A stretch of DNA of 61,993 bases, the filler included, from Sphacelaria rigidula (lineage: Eukaryota): the NCBI GenBank assembly GCA_964200075.2. It is 8 parts of 8 records of this genome, joined end to end, with 100 filler letters (N's around TTAATTAATTAA, not from the genome) between each part and the next. Parts side by side here need not be neighbours in the genome. Positions count along the whole stretch, not along the records: positions 23,289 to 30,950 come from CAXNAA020013882.1; positions 31,051 to 38,711 come from CAXNAA020013883.1; 6 more parts are not named here. One strand, 5' to 3'. The position numbers were made by a program, and so were the translations under genes. Positions 23,701 through 37,076 of this stretch are shown one piece after another. A model generated the notes under the pieces. That model worked only from the letters and a program-made list of their open reading frames with translations, was not told the origin of the DNA and ran no database searches. The stretch's first letter is position 1; each line of letters begins with the position of its first letter.

Positions 23701-24813
23701 ACGGTCTGGTGACCTACACTGGTTCAGACCCGCCGATTAACTCCAATGGCCGCCCAACAAGGAACAGGTTCCACCACAACACGATCTCCAACACCGAGAA
23801 GGCGGTCAGGATCGACGATGGAGACTCCAACCAGATCTACGGTATGAGCCTGTTCGCCTTGCAAGAATCCAACGTTTGGTAAATTTTCTTTTGTTACATT
23901 TCGCAGAAATGGAGAGTCGATCACCATTAGGGTCCGTTTATCCTGACCCTGAACCCGTGTCTTCGAAGGCAAGGTGAACGTTTTACACTTCACCTGCGAT
24001 GATGGCAAGCGTACATGGTGCTATACATGAAAACATCCCCCCGCGGCCAACCCTTGGGGCCGTACTAGGTCTAGTTCCCAGTCATCTTTTTGGCGCATGT
24101 GTAGGCTAGTAGGCGATTCGCAAGACTGTCATGCATGCAAAGCGCATTTGACGTCACGTTGATGACTCGTAGAGCGTCCTGTCGGCACTCTATCGTCCTA
24201 GACACGCTTTTTCATTTAGTTCAGTCCTAAATCACGCGATGCCTTCCCCTTCTTCTGTAGAAGCACTACCGCATTGACAATCAACCGTTTCTGGACTTCG
24301 TTCACTCTCTCGGGGTCGATCGGACTTTTATTGATCGCATCTTCAAAAGTAGCCACGTATGGCACAATGCCAGGCCTGTCAGGGGAGGGCCAGCACTCCG
24401 AAGGCCTTCAATTTCACTGTACTGTCGACGCTGAGACAACCAGCATGTACATCGTTTCCCCCTTCCTCTCCCTAGCTTCTGACTAGAGAACATACTCTGT
24501 AAGTGGACAAGAAGCGTCCCCGGCTTACCGACTACAAAGATATCACAGGGGGACCAACTTCTCCATGATACAATATCCGCGTTTCCCACCCGTGATGTAT
24601 TGAACCGTTTCTTCTCTGTCTTTACGTGCCGCCTCCTCGCTCGCCCGTACGATCATTTCAGCGAATACCTTTACGGGCACTAAGCAGTTCAGGTTTGCAG
24701 ATTCCAAGGACACTGTGATGTTGAGCAACGAGTATCCATCCGAGGCGTGTGTCGTGAGTACACGCTCGACTTTCGCCCCCAATTCGGAAGTACCTCCCAG
24801 CTGCTGGAGATGA
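23701..24813 (+). CDS. Mannuronan C5-epimerase (alginate epimerase), last two exons 23701-23841 and 24662-24813
   Basis: Spliced product GLVTYTGSDPPINSNGRPTRNRFHHNTISNTEKAVRIDDGDSNQIY-A-NTFTGTKQFRFADSKDTVMLSNEYPSEACVVSTRSTFAPNSEVPPSCWR*. The Y.GSD.P....GRP..N.F..N.I beta-helix pattern and two-Cys tail are typical of brown algal MC5E. CAG acceptors, GTATGA donor, phase 1. Confidence 0.85.
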
Positions 24814-26434
24814 TCTTCGGCAACGCGCAGGAACTACTGTATCTAGTGGAAGTAGGCTGTCGGCACACACACAATGTTCAATGCTGTAGTTGCTCTGCAT
24901 TTACCCTGATGGTTGTCGCTGCGCAAGCATCGGATTAATGGAGACGATTTTGCTGGGTGTTTCTTGTGGCGACCCGACGTTGACCTACAAGCGTTGTGCA
25001 ATATTTCCGCCGGAATGTCGCTTAGATCGACAAGGTTTCCACAAGAAGTGACCCCGAGGTGGTCATTGGGTAGGTCATTCTGTGATCAATAGAGCAAGCG
25101 TCAGTGTGCTGTACAGAGTAGTCATCGTGAGGGCGTCTTTCAGGAGGTGTCATAGCCTCGCGCACATCTGCGTAGCTGTAACAATGTCGCATACGTCAAG
25201 AAGGACAGCGTGGTTTGTGTTTACGTGCTTTGCCCTACATGCGATTCGGCTCTGAGGATATGCTTTGAAGGCATTTTCCTGATCGACCGAGAATAGACAG
25301 TACACCGCGCTACCTTTGTCTTCGTCTTCGTCTTCATAAGGTTGAACGATCCCCCGTATCAGACGTTTTCCTGCTGAAAGCTGTGATCATGTATGTATTT
25401 GCAGCAAGCGGTAAGTCAGTGCTCCACTGACGGGCTTGTGGTTGTACGGACGTTGCATGTAATAGTTAGTTCTCCTCGAAGCGAATGCATGTATTTGTAC
25501 GTGGGTGTGCATACTTGTATGTGTTGGAGAGGGTAAGCGGATAAATAGTAAGTAAGCTATACGAGGGTCCCTTCTCCGGGAAACAATCTTTGCACGTTAC
25601 CTACGCGCCCGGCTACCGTCCGTGAACGTTGCCCGTGTGTCGTGAGATCAATCTCTTCACGCTCTTGTTTATATTCTCGGAACGTGGCGCGACTGTGCAG
25701 TGTGGTATTCCGTAGAGTAGGCAAGTAAGTTGTGCTCGTGCGGGGTGGTATGGGCTGGAAGGCTTGAGTCCTAGACGCATGGAAGTCGCCTTGGCGCGAC
25801 GATGGTTTTGGCTTGATGGCATATGTGAGGGCTGGAACCACGGCCGAGCGTCAAGTAGAGTGTGAGCCAATCGATGTTAGGCACACGGGGTACTGTTTTA
25901 TGTTTGCCGATCTATATATAAGACTCCGCCTTGCCGGGAATATATTTATCTCGACGTTTTTTGTCCTTGTTTTCCTTTTGTTTCCATTCCTCTCCACTTG
26001 TTTTCGTTTTTGCCTTGATTTTTGCCCTTTCCTCCTTGTCCTTGCTCATTTGGTTTCCATTAAATATATTTATTTTTCTCTCCTTGTTTTTCGTTTCGTT
26101 TCGTTTCTTTCTCATTTCTCGTTCTCGGGTCTCCTTTGATGAGTGTTTCCGTCTCGCTTCTCTCGTGTACGTGTACCTCGTGTCTAATGCCCACCGCTGA
26201 ATACTTCGGGGGTCATCAGTTAATGTGCGACAATCAATCTATCAAATTGTCTAGTTCAAGTGGCTGAATTTGCTTTCCTCTTAATGCCTACGTCAACAAC
26301 GACTTGACCGGCGGAGTTGCCCACTCCGTGGTACATCAGGCGCTTGTTCTTTACATAGGCCTGGTTCGCAAACCAAACACGACACGAGCGGGCAGATCTG
26401 AAGAAAGTGCGGCAGGCTCGGCGTGATCTCCAGT

Positions 26435-29400
26435 TGTCACGTCAGCGTGCCGGAGAACGACCACGTATCTGGTGGCATGTCCGCTGATCGAAGGATATCA
26501 CTCCGTCGACAAAGGGTAATGATAGGTACTATGATATCTACGATTCGCAGAAAGTTGGAGCAGCGAGAGGAAACTTGACAACATTCTCATAACTTTCTAG
26601 ACCTGCAAGGTGCCATCCCCGTGCTCCCGATCACCCAGAATCCTCCAGAATCCCCGTACCCCCAATGATTATCCATATCATCACTACCAACTCAACGTAA
26701 CGGCGTATTTTTGTCACAGCACCCCCAAAGCGCGTTGGACGAACATCTATCAACAAGCTTGACACATAGAAAACGCCAAGACGATGAGTAAGTCACAACT
26801 GAATACCAAACTCACTCGTAATGCGAGCAGCAGCGGCACGAGTCACGCTCAATTTACGCAACTCCTTCGTAAGAAATTCCGGAACGGCCTCAAAAGTATC
26901 CTTGAAAGGCTCCCACGTACGCTCCTCAACTTCGAAATCAACCCGGTCGACCAACACGATCAACGAACGATCAGCTGCTTTTGCCATTCGGACAATACCA
27001 GCCATCTGAAATTGCCCCTGATTGAAAGCATGCTGGAACACGTCCTGAACGTCAGCCGTAACATTAAGCTGCGATTCTGCATAAAAACGCAAACGAGCTA
27101 CATAGGCGGTCTGAACACGATCCGAGACAATGTTCTGAATCTCAAACACGTGCGGGTGATGAGCACCAACCACTCTCCATGGACCAGTTCACGTCGCCAT
27201 CAACTTGGGCGTAACGCCCGGACGACGCACGCGCGCATACAAGACGTAGTCGCCTACCTCAAAATTCGGTAGTTCCAGCCCGGACGAGGACCCTTCACGT
27301 CGACACACACGTTCAGCGGCAACACGCTCCTGCACTTGAACGTGGACACGTTCTTGGAATTCTAAGACTTCTTGCGATGCACGCTTAATTTGACGATCGT
27401 CCAAAACATCACGTTCCCATTCCCCCGCCGACGAAGACGCCAGCACCGAAAAAGACGTCCGAGGAGCACGGCCAAACATCACGTGGTACGGCGTACTATC
27501 GTAACGACGACGATACGCTCTGTATTGGGCGCCCATTGCATCGCCAGCAACACGTCCACCCACTCGGAAACCGCTCTACGCTGCTCGAGAAGAATAAAGC
27601 GAAGTGCACGAACTACTTCCTTGACCATGCGTTCGCACGACCCGTTAAACCACGGAAAATACGCCATCGCAAACTGGTGATCAGCGTACAAAGCCTCTCG
27701 TAATCGGGCCAAGATCGCATTCTTCAAATGCGTGGCGGTATCACTCACCCACACACGCGGCACCCCCAAATATTTGCACCAATTTAGCAAAGATGCAGCA
27801 GTCGGTTCGGCAGTACACACTGCTACTGGTTCCAGAGGCACGAAGTTGCTAAAATCATCCATGATAATCAACATGTATCGAAACCCAGCATCCTCCGACA
27901 AACCTTGGGAAGCTAGCGGGCCACTCTCGCCCCCGTACAAGAAGTAAAAATGAGCGACTTCATTTGGCATGGTCCCATGGATCGTTTCACCGAGCGGGCG
28001 GGGAACAACATCGCTCGCCCTCGAGTCAGCGCAGTGAAGACACTGGCGGACAAATTCGCGCACATGAGTTTCCATACCCTGCCGGACACAAAACGTTTAC
28101 AGTGCACAAGCGCCGCAGCCACACCACGATACCCGGCGTCGCGCATGCGCGCGAAATCATCAGACATGCCTGCAACGGCTTGTCAGAACTCAGAATCTAC
28201 AAAACGTTTCGGCCACGCACATACACGCCAAACATACCTTCATTGTCCAAGATAGGAGTACCAACGTCCGACTTGAAAGATTGCACACCTGCCTCTTCGG
28301 CCCCAAGGTCTTTTCGTTGCGCTTGGCGGGCAACAGATTTGGACGAAATTGAGTCATCAGGTTCACACGGATCATACACAGTCACAACACGCACAGGCAA
28401 AGCCGGAATGTTCACCCAACGCGAAAGCAAGCCACCCCACGCGTTACGGTCACCCGAAATATGGCACATCGAGTAACGACACTCGCCAAGAACAGCTTTC
28501 CAACCCTCCAAACGTTGTGCCAATGCCTTCGACGCAGACGTAAGGCACCCTTCCGGGTTGAAAATATACATGAGATTTCGGTGATCCGTGAAAATGTGCA
28601 CGCCATCCCCAAAAAGATGCTCCAAGCGACGAAATATGCCCACAAAAGAAAAACATTCCTTGTTAATCGTGGCCCAACGCAACTGCGAATCCTTGAAATT
28701 ACCACTCAGGAAAGCCAGCGGTTCATCCGTCATGTCCTCGATCGGCAAGCGTCGTTGCATATCAATTTCAGGCGTCTGCGTGACAAAACTACCCTAATGG
28801 CACTCAGATGCATCCGGATACATTTACACCTGACAATCAGGACGAGGATGAAACAGCATCACGGCATAAGCCACCAGATCCTTCGCTGCCGCCCACGCCT
28901 GCAGTCTGCCCTCCGTCCACGATGCAGCCTTCTTCGCAACCGCCATATCCGGACTGGACCACCCCGCGTGCAAGTTCCGTAACACCAATCCGAGCGCCAA
29001 AAGAGCCGCCATGCACGACACCAGCCAACTCGACTTCACTGGATTGTACCGCCGCGGCTTCGCCGTCACCGCGGACGCCCCAGGTTTTAGCTGAACACGC
29101 ATGGGCTCTACGCGCGCAGGGGGATCACCCCGCAGCACACGACGAAACGCGTTGACACGGCGATGCAATATGTCATGCAGACGCTCCGCTTTTGAGACGC
29201 TGAGGCCTTTCACACCAGCATCCATCACGCTCTCCTCCAGCGCGACCTTCCGAGCAGACTCCTCTTCCTCCGGAACCATAAATATCTCCGGGTCACGTTC
29301 TACCAAGCGTTCTACCGCCGCATGCCGCTCCTCGGTCACCTGCTCCCCTGCCCCCTGAAAAGCATCCACCGACAAGCTCACGCGACGACTGCTCCCAAAG

Positions 29401-30130
29401 GTGGGTGTCTCCAAGCGTGGACCAGGCGGAGACATCCGCATCTTCATGGAGTCCCGCAACCGCGCGTACGGGTCGACTCCAAGATCCTAAAGCATCGGCG
29501 ACCACAAAAGAATGACGCCATCCGACCCCGGCATGATCGCAAACGAGATCGGAGGCAACGGCGCCGGCCCCCAGGAAGTCGTGAACATCAGCTGCAGCGG
29601 AACAGTACGCTCTGTGACGTAAATACGCTGATTGTGCCGCGCCCCGAGCAAAAACGGAATGCGCAGCGGCACACCCGGATAAAAACGCTCCAACTTCTCT
29701 ACAATCTGCACCGACAGATTCACATGACTCGTGAAGTGGGCGCCAGAATCCCACGTAGCCCGAACCGCAATGGCTCCACGCTCCCGTTGATTTGGGAGAC
29801 ACAGCTCCGCAGGAACGTATTTATCCGCAAACTCGACTGGCAATTCATTCGCCGAGCGATGCGCCACTAATCGCACTGGACACCACGGCTTCGCAAGCTG
29901 TGCAGGCGGAGACGCCCCGGCAGGTTGAAACGGCACCGCCGGCGGGTACGACCCACAGTCAGCAGACCAAGAATTTGGCGAACCTCCGACCAGCGCATCA
30001 GCAGGCGTCGCGCCTGGCGCTGCTGCCGGTTTCAGGTGCAGGGCGCTGCTGCCGGTTTTCCCTTGCAGGTGTAGGGTGCGGATTGCGGCTTCCCCGTCCG
30101 CCCGTCAGGTTTGAAAGAAGGACAGCATAG
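26435..30130 (-). mobile_element. Degenerate Ty3/Gypsy (chromodomain-bearing) LTR retrotransposon, 5'-truncated, RT core deleted
   Basis: Order on the minus strand: aspartic protease (ATWDSGA, ~29750), start of RT (WSSPDMAVAKK), RNase H (PLAFLSG..RWATINKEC..FTDHRNL, 28197-28760), integrase (FVRQCLHC..LIIMDDFS..GVPRVWVSD, 27479-28075), GPY/F-like FEVGDYVL and chromodomain-like (ERTWEP..VPEFL, 26793-27000); many frameshifts; PPT-like GGGGG then TGTGACA at 26718 starts a candidate 3' LTR whose far end (26435) is uncertain. Confidence 0.93.
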
Positions 30131-30950
30131 TTTTTGAGACCACATATAACGCCCACAGGGGAACACAAAGTTTCTCCTCTGTGAAAATGCCCGTCTTCCT
30201 AACGGCAAATACTTTGATGCCCGTTGGTTTCTAATAAGAACTTAAAATTGTCGATTTGTGATGGTACTACACTGATTTGCAGATGCCAATGCCAGGAAAG
30301 ATTCATAGTGCTGTTCGACACTATCTCCGAACGCTTGAACGGACCCAAAGCGGACACTTTCCTTCGGGTAAGGAGAGTCATTTCAACCATGTCGACGTAC
30401 TTTGAAAAAACGAACTCTTTCGTTTCCAAAGGTGTTCCGAATTTGGTTACATAATAACATGTTTATGTTACACTACCCAGTAGTGTGACCTCCATAGACA
30501 GACGTCTGCAGACGAGAGGTAGAGTACATCAACGAAAGTCCTAGATCGCAGCTGACGCACCCCTCTGCACGATGCTAGCAACAGTTAGGTCACCACCATA
30601 GGTACCTTTTTTCACTCTGCATGTCAAGAAGATCTTCACAAGTGTTTGATCTCTCGTGCACTCCCCCCCAACTCGCGTGTGCTCAAGCGCCCGGTTGGGG
30701 TGGCGGACAATCGACGATGAATAACACCCCCTGAGTTCATATTGGATCTATCTGGTTTTGCCGCAGCACCGTCCTCGCGGGCATGTGTGTTTCAGAGAAC
30801 AGTAGTAGCGATGACGGAAATATTTCCCTGTTTTTCAAGGGCATGTTTTTCAGCGCACAGAGGCGCGTGCTGTCCAAAAAGAGAGCCAGAGAGAAATTGA
30901 TCTTCGCATCGATGATGAGGTGCTCAGGCAAGACGAAGAGACGACGGAAA

Positions 30951-31050
30951 NNNNNNNNNNNNNNNNNNNNNNNNNNNNNNNNNNNNNNNNNNNNTTAATT
31001 AATTAANNNNNNNNNNNNNNNNNNNNNNNNNNNNNNNNNNNNNNNNNNNN
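30951..31050. other. Assembly linker
   Basis: N run with TTAATTAATTAA. Confidence 0.99.
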
Positions 31051-31354
31051 TGGAGAGCTTAGCCCCGGCCAATTGGAATACTCACCCTGGCGTACTCTCG
31101 CATTTTTTCATAAGTCGTGTTTTGGATGAGATAAGGGGCTTCTAACAATTCCAACCTCAGAAATTATTTGTGTACCCCTACCGTAGCATCACTCAATATA
31201 AACATCGGATTCATCCCGAGGCCAAGAGGCTTGCCTCAAGCCGCTTCTCGACTGGCTCGGCGTGCTATATTCATGTATCACCCACACACCCTCAGTCAAT
31301 TACGTTTACTACACTTGCTTTCAATCTCGAAAAAAAATTGTGGGCATACTATTT

Positions 31355-31410
31355 GCTGTCGTTATCTTCACATTAAAAAACCGTTCCGATATTTGCGCCT
31401 TCCGTGGTCA
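31355..31410 (-). repeat. Short remnant of the RTE-like LINE 3' terminus
   Basis: GTTATCTTCACATTAAAAAACCGTTCCGATATTTGCG matches the reconstituted junction 38995-39009 + 40053-40072. Confidence 0.65.
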
Positions 31411-31683
31411 CGGCCTTGATACATGTAATGAGGTATGGGGAATCCAAACAAAACCACAAGATAGACCTAAATGAAAACTCATAAACTACAGTCGCTGCAA
31501 ACTCTTCTTGTCTTCACATGAGAAAACTAGAGCCCGCTTTGGGTGTTGTAACACAGCGACACTGCATGTGCGGGGCTGGACCCATCCGAGTCACGGTATC
31601 ACCTCACAGGAGAACGGAAAACACGGCATACGGGACCAACACGAGGAGCGTCGCACGTTGAACATTTGATCAACGATCTCTGC

Positions 31684-31990
31684 CTGGCTCACTTGGTAAC
31701 CTCCATGACCTTCCAACCGTTTGAACGGATTGAAATCTCGATAGTTACGTCATGTACACAATGGTGAGAGCAACCATGTCGGGAACACAAAGTTTGATTC
31801 CACGTTCGATGAGAAAAATGGGCGGCGGAACAATTCTCGGCATAAGAAGTAAGGCAAGTACGGCAGAAGGAGGGTGGGCAAAAAAACTCTCGTGTCGACC
31901 CTCATGTGGGACCCCGACCAATGCGCCAACATATACAGAAAGGTGTAGACTGACGTCCGGGATAAAAGGGGTGATGACAAACATGCATGT
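31684..31990 (+). mobile_element. tRNA-derived SINE, diverged copy
   Basis: TGGCTCACTTGGTAACCTC..GAGAGCAACCATGTCG..AAGGCAAGTACGGCAGAAGGAGGGTGGG..GAAAGGTGTAGACTG, homologous to 1442-1801. Confidence 0.75.
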
Positions 31991-32943
31991 CACGCACTAG
32001 TATGTTGCGAGAAAAAATTTCATCGAGAGGAACTCGAATAAGCACACGATGTGCGTCTTTTTAGTGTTCGAATCATATGTACCGATCCTCGCTGGATGAT
32101 TTTGAACCCGCCGTTTTTATGTCATGCGTCAAACTCTTGCGCACTCTGCAGGCGAACAAGTGAATGTTAATCCAGTCGGGCCCTTTTTTTACAAGCGTTG
32201 GGACAAGAACACTATCTAAACAAACCCTTCCTCCCTCCGTCTAACACGCTTTACGCGAACGAGGAACACCACCCATTCCATGGGTCTCTTCGATTTTGCT
32301 CTACGGTCTCCCAGCAATCACCTCTATTGCTTGTATCTACGTCACGCCCAGCCGCGTCCAATTACCCCTGGTGAAGTATGCAGCTGAGACAATCATCCAT
32401 CATGTAACGTATCAGAAAAGCAAGACCAAGTGCGCTGCCACCAAATGGAGGATTTCTTCGGCACTGAAACTACCTCAACAAAATGATGTTCGGAACAACG
32501 GCCAAACCAGTCAGTCAAGATCATTAAAGGCGTGATGGGGGGGGGGCGAATAGCACATACAGGCCAAAAAGGGGAAAACCGATGAACTAATACAAACGAA
32601 AAAACGGGTTGTTCGCCTTGCGCTCGAAAAAATGATTTATTGATCTAATGCCCACTAGATAACGAAATCCAGCCCCAAGGAACTAATTCCACTCCCCGAG
32701 CTGACATAAACATGTCACCTACCGATTCTCGGAAAGTACCACGCCTAGCACGAACCCGAACTTGATCAGCGTGAAGCTCCTCTCCACATCGACGGACCAA
32801 GGTAAATCAAGTAGCAAATTGGCGCGCGACTACACCCAAGTGGTGCTGTACTTGTGCAAAACTACGCCCCTCAGTGGAGAGGTTATGGAATGGGAAAGGG
32901 CCCCTACACCGCGTTCAAAGGACTGAACCAAAACGAGTACGAC

Positions 32944-34642
32944 TTATTCATCCTCTTTGTCGATGTCTGCAAATTCCTTCTTGAGATCCCCCCAGATAGT
33001 ATCGGATTCCTCCTTGGCCTGAACAGCGATATCCGCAAACGTTTTCTCAAGGTCTGCGAGGGCTTCTTTTTCCATCTTCTCCAACGTAGCCGTGTATGCC
33101 CCCTCTGAATTAGACACTCCGGTCGTCGACGGCGGCGTCGAGACGCGCGGCGAAGTCACCATCTGTACGGCACCTGACGAAAACGAAAGAGGGTATCGGT
33201 TCAACAGATATTTCAGTCTTGAGGTCGGGCAAAGAGTCGACTCCCCCTCTCGTCAGGATCAACAAGGGATTAAGCCACGCCTCGTCGGGTATAGGTCTTG
33301 AAACATATTTTCAATCGCATCTCGTCGACCTTAGAATTCTTCACCATCGACTACTTACACCCCCATACTTGAGGGCTAGAGTCATATACGAATCACAACT
33401 CGTAGATAGACTTGTGCTTTGGAAGTTCTTGTTCCAACGAATCTCGACGTCGATCTCATGCTGAGTCCGCTAATACGAGACAGTCACCCAACCACGACGT
33501 GCTATCGCAAGTTCAACAAATCGGCGCCGGCATGCCAGACTCTCAAAAGCACGCAATGGGGTTCACCCAAGTGCACGACGCCTCAACCCTGCGCCTCGGC
33601 AACCGTTACCCGTTACGGCGGGGCAGGAATGCGATCAGCTGTCCAGGTGGGGTCAGCATTGCATGCATGGACCTGAGGAGGCACTGGTACGATGAAACAG
33701 GCTGTCCTGCAGTGGGGCTGTGGCCACGAATCGCTCAGCCTCTACCTTCGCCGGTTTAAAAAGAAGGCTATTTATCTGCAGGTTTTTTGCCCGGGGAAAT
33801 CGCAAGTCTGCGCTGTTCTACTGGAAATTTGCGCCGGATAAAACCAAGTATGCTCAACCCTTAAACCGCGAGGTTGGTCTTCTGTTGGATCGAGATCAAT
33901 TTCAAGTGAAAAAAAGTACGCATGATCCAGAAGGACTAATCTCGCGGTCTAAGGGTTATAACCCTTTTGGAACCCATGACGATTTTTGTTTTTGTGAATC
34001 GGCATCATTTTCACTCATTTTTTCAAGTCAAAATGACGCCAATTCACAAAAACAAAAATCGTCAACGGGTTCCCGAAGGATTAAAATCTACCATGTGCTC
34101 TAGAAATATGCGACATATTTCGGTTTTCCCGTCGTTTTCTTCGCGGCCATTTTCCCGCGCAAATGTACGGAATTCTGCTTTTTCTGCGGCCGCAGATGGA
34201 CGTCAAGTCCAGAAATTTTGATACACTGGTTCTTGAAACCTGCTCCAGGTGCTCCCGAGATTTGAGCGACGGTGAAGATGTCTGGAGAGTTGCCTCAATG
34301 ATTTCGAGGGGTCTGCACCGCCATTTCAAGTCGGACAGGGGGAGCACGACATTGCACACCATCCCGTTGATGGGGTATTAGTATAATCGGAAATATATTG
34401 CCCCATCTCCGTGCGAGATACATCGATATCCGTGTGCATCGGGGTTATCTCCTCTTAAGCGACGAAGACAGACTACAAATTATGGAAGCGAAATCAACCT
34501 CCTCTACTGAATGGTAGCGTGTACTGGGGAGAGCAGACTCACCAGACGAACGTACGCTCCGTGGTGTGGTCGGGAGGAGTCCGACGAACGCATTGGTCGA
34601 GGCGACAAGGGCGATCAAGCCCAGCAATACAGCCCTGAACAT
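32944..34642 (-). CDS. Complete two-exon gene (34543-34642, 32944-33173) for a 109-aa plastid-targeted protein of unknown function
   Basis: MFRAVLLGLIALVASTNA-FVGLLPTTPRSVRSSGAVQM is a signal peptide + F at +1 + S/T/R-rich transit peptide. GTGAGT donor and pyrimidine-rich CAG acceptor in phase 1; acidic helical C-terminus ending DKEDE*. Confidence 0.82.
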
Positions 34643-37076
34643 TGCGCCGACCGTTTTTTTTCAACTTGCGTTGAGTTCTGCGAGACAAGTCAACAGAAGA
34701 CACAGGAGGGGACACGGGCAAGGTGGGAATACGATCAAGTCAGGCGCGTAACGGACAGGAACGAGACATGCAATAAATTCTGGGGTGCTGAAACAGTTGA
34801 TATTCACACAGATTGTACACCGAGGTGTAAGCTGGAGGCACCGAGAGCATTCTGGTACAAGAAATCATGAGCCCAGATGCAGGTGTGCAGGTTTACCTCG
34901 AAACGTCGAGGTATGGAGGCACGTAATGAAGAACAGACTCTCTGGTGTTGCCCCGGCTTGTTTTGCGGTCGAGCTCAGTGGGCGCATACTGCTTGCTGTA
35001 GTCAAGTTCTCTATACATCACTGAAGAACGCACACCACATCTCAGTCAGGATGCACGGTACCGTCGTGCACGGCAGTACTGTACATCATACAGTACGATC
35101 AAATCGCGACAGCACCCCACAGACGACACTGCGCCCCGAACCCCACACCACGTAATCCATCATCATGAGGCAATGTTTGAGGTAATGGCCCCGAGGCTTC
35201 GGTTTTCAGGGTAGAGCGAGTGAGCAGTATCTCACCGAAGACATGAGACACAAGCGAAGATGAGACCCACTACACAACACTGTAGCACGCATAACAGTAA
35301 ACTGCATACTCCCCGATTCCACCCCACCACGTACTTCATATAAAATGATGGTGGAGAGTGTTATACTGCATGCTGGGTTCACCGACGGCAGTCTGTAGTT
35401 GCAGTTATTCATCAACGGCACTTGGCATACAAGCGTCCTCGAGATCAGCATGGTCGCACAGGACATACACACAGGAGATCCACAACGTACGACCATTGGT
35501 TAGCGGTGCTGGCGCTAGTGACATGCAGGTACCGATAATCTGAAAACGGAGAGGATGCTCATCGATGTACAACCAGGTCATACACCAACATGAGCACAGA
35601 TGGGGGCCGAGCGTAGCCGGTAACGAATCATCTCTTGCCGTATTGGGGTTGCGAGTTTGTGCAATTTCTGAGCTGCGCCCACGAAAACAAGAGTACATGA
35701 TAGTACTGTGCAGTAACGCGATCACAGAAAGTTACATGTGTGACAGATAGTAGCACCCGCCGAGAGGAAACATCATACCATACCTCTAGATATAGATATA
35801 TGAGCCTCACTCTGAGTTGCTACTGGCGTATGTCCACACTTGTGCTCGGCACCCCCGAACCTCAACTGCCAAACAACGACCGAATTATACAGAGGCGAGC
35901 AGAAAGAGGCTTTTGTATACACGCTACCCACATAGCTCACAAATTCAGATTTGGGCCAAGCTGTTCATGCAAGGGAACCTACGCAACAGAAGGATACCCA
36001 GCTTTCCGAAGGATCCAGCAAAACATCAACCTATCTCTGATCAATATTATGGAGGTTAAATCATCACCACGCCGATGTGTTCGCTCAGCAAAACAGGTCA
36101 AAGATGTGGCACGTGACTCGGTGACATCTTTTGCCCAAGCGCACGTCAGCGATAATTTGTACAGCGTTTCATGTTTGTCGTGAAGGAACGGAACCATCGA
36201 CCGTCTAAAGGGAAGATGAGAACGATTTCGATAAGCCCCCCACTCCCGCTTCTCACTACTTGACGTCTACGCTTTTTCTTACCTTGATGAAGGTTGCGGC
36301 GTGGGACTATGAAGATGGTACTACAGGCTGCTCCTCCCTCGACTCCTTCACAAGCTTTTCGGAGAATGATGATTCAATTGTACTCTGCCCCCCGGGTGAG
36401 TGTTTTTTTATTTTATGTACCTCATGGAAATATACGGAAGCATGTTGCACCCGTGTTTACGTACGTCGGAACTTAAAGAGGCGTTTTACACGAGTTGTCG
36501 CAGGTGCGGCGCGCAACCTACCCTGTGAACTGTGAAGACGGAGGTGGAAGACGGTCTGTTGCTACTGTACTGTAGTCGGAGAGATCGGCAGATTGAGGGG
36601 TGGTGCTGAGGTTTAGGGATAGTGTATGCATTGCTAGTCAGTATTTTCTCAAGCGACAAAAAAAGTCGATCGATCGACTATAGCAGCGCCAAGCTGAAGA
36701 AAGCAAAGAGACGGCATTGGGCGAAAGGAGTCTCCAGTGCCGCTTGCAAGAGGCACCGGGGTACGATTGCGGCAGAGGGAGCTCAACTCACCGAATCACG
36801 TGCCCCTACAGGCTTCTCCGCGATATCGTAAGGAAGGAGCAATTGCGGTGTGGCTAAGGTGTCAGGGTGATCAACTAGCCGACTTCACAGCAAGAAGTGG
36901 TTTGGAGTAATCCACTCTTGAAGTGCGACACTTCCACGAACCCTCTGGACAAGGTCCGGCACAGCCAGATTACACCGTACAGCTTCTGTCCTGTACAGCA
37001 TTTGAGCAGCTGTTACCACCAAGGAAGGAGCGACGTCGCACCCCAGGAGGCCAAGTTCTGGGAGGGGGGAGCTACC

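Noticed and set aside
24543-24782. 79-aa minus-strand ORF
   Set aside because: Antisense shadow of the last epimerase exon and its acceptor.
30140-30490. 5' LTR or gag of the Gypsy element, or a transposase fragment
   Set aside because: No similarity to the candidate 3' LTR at 26435-26718 and no diagnostic motif; left unassigned.
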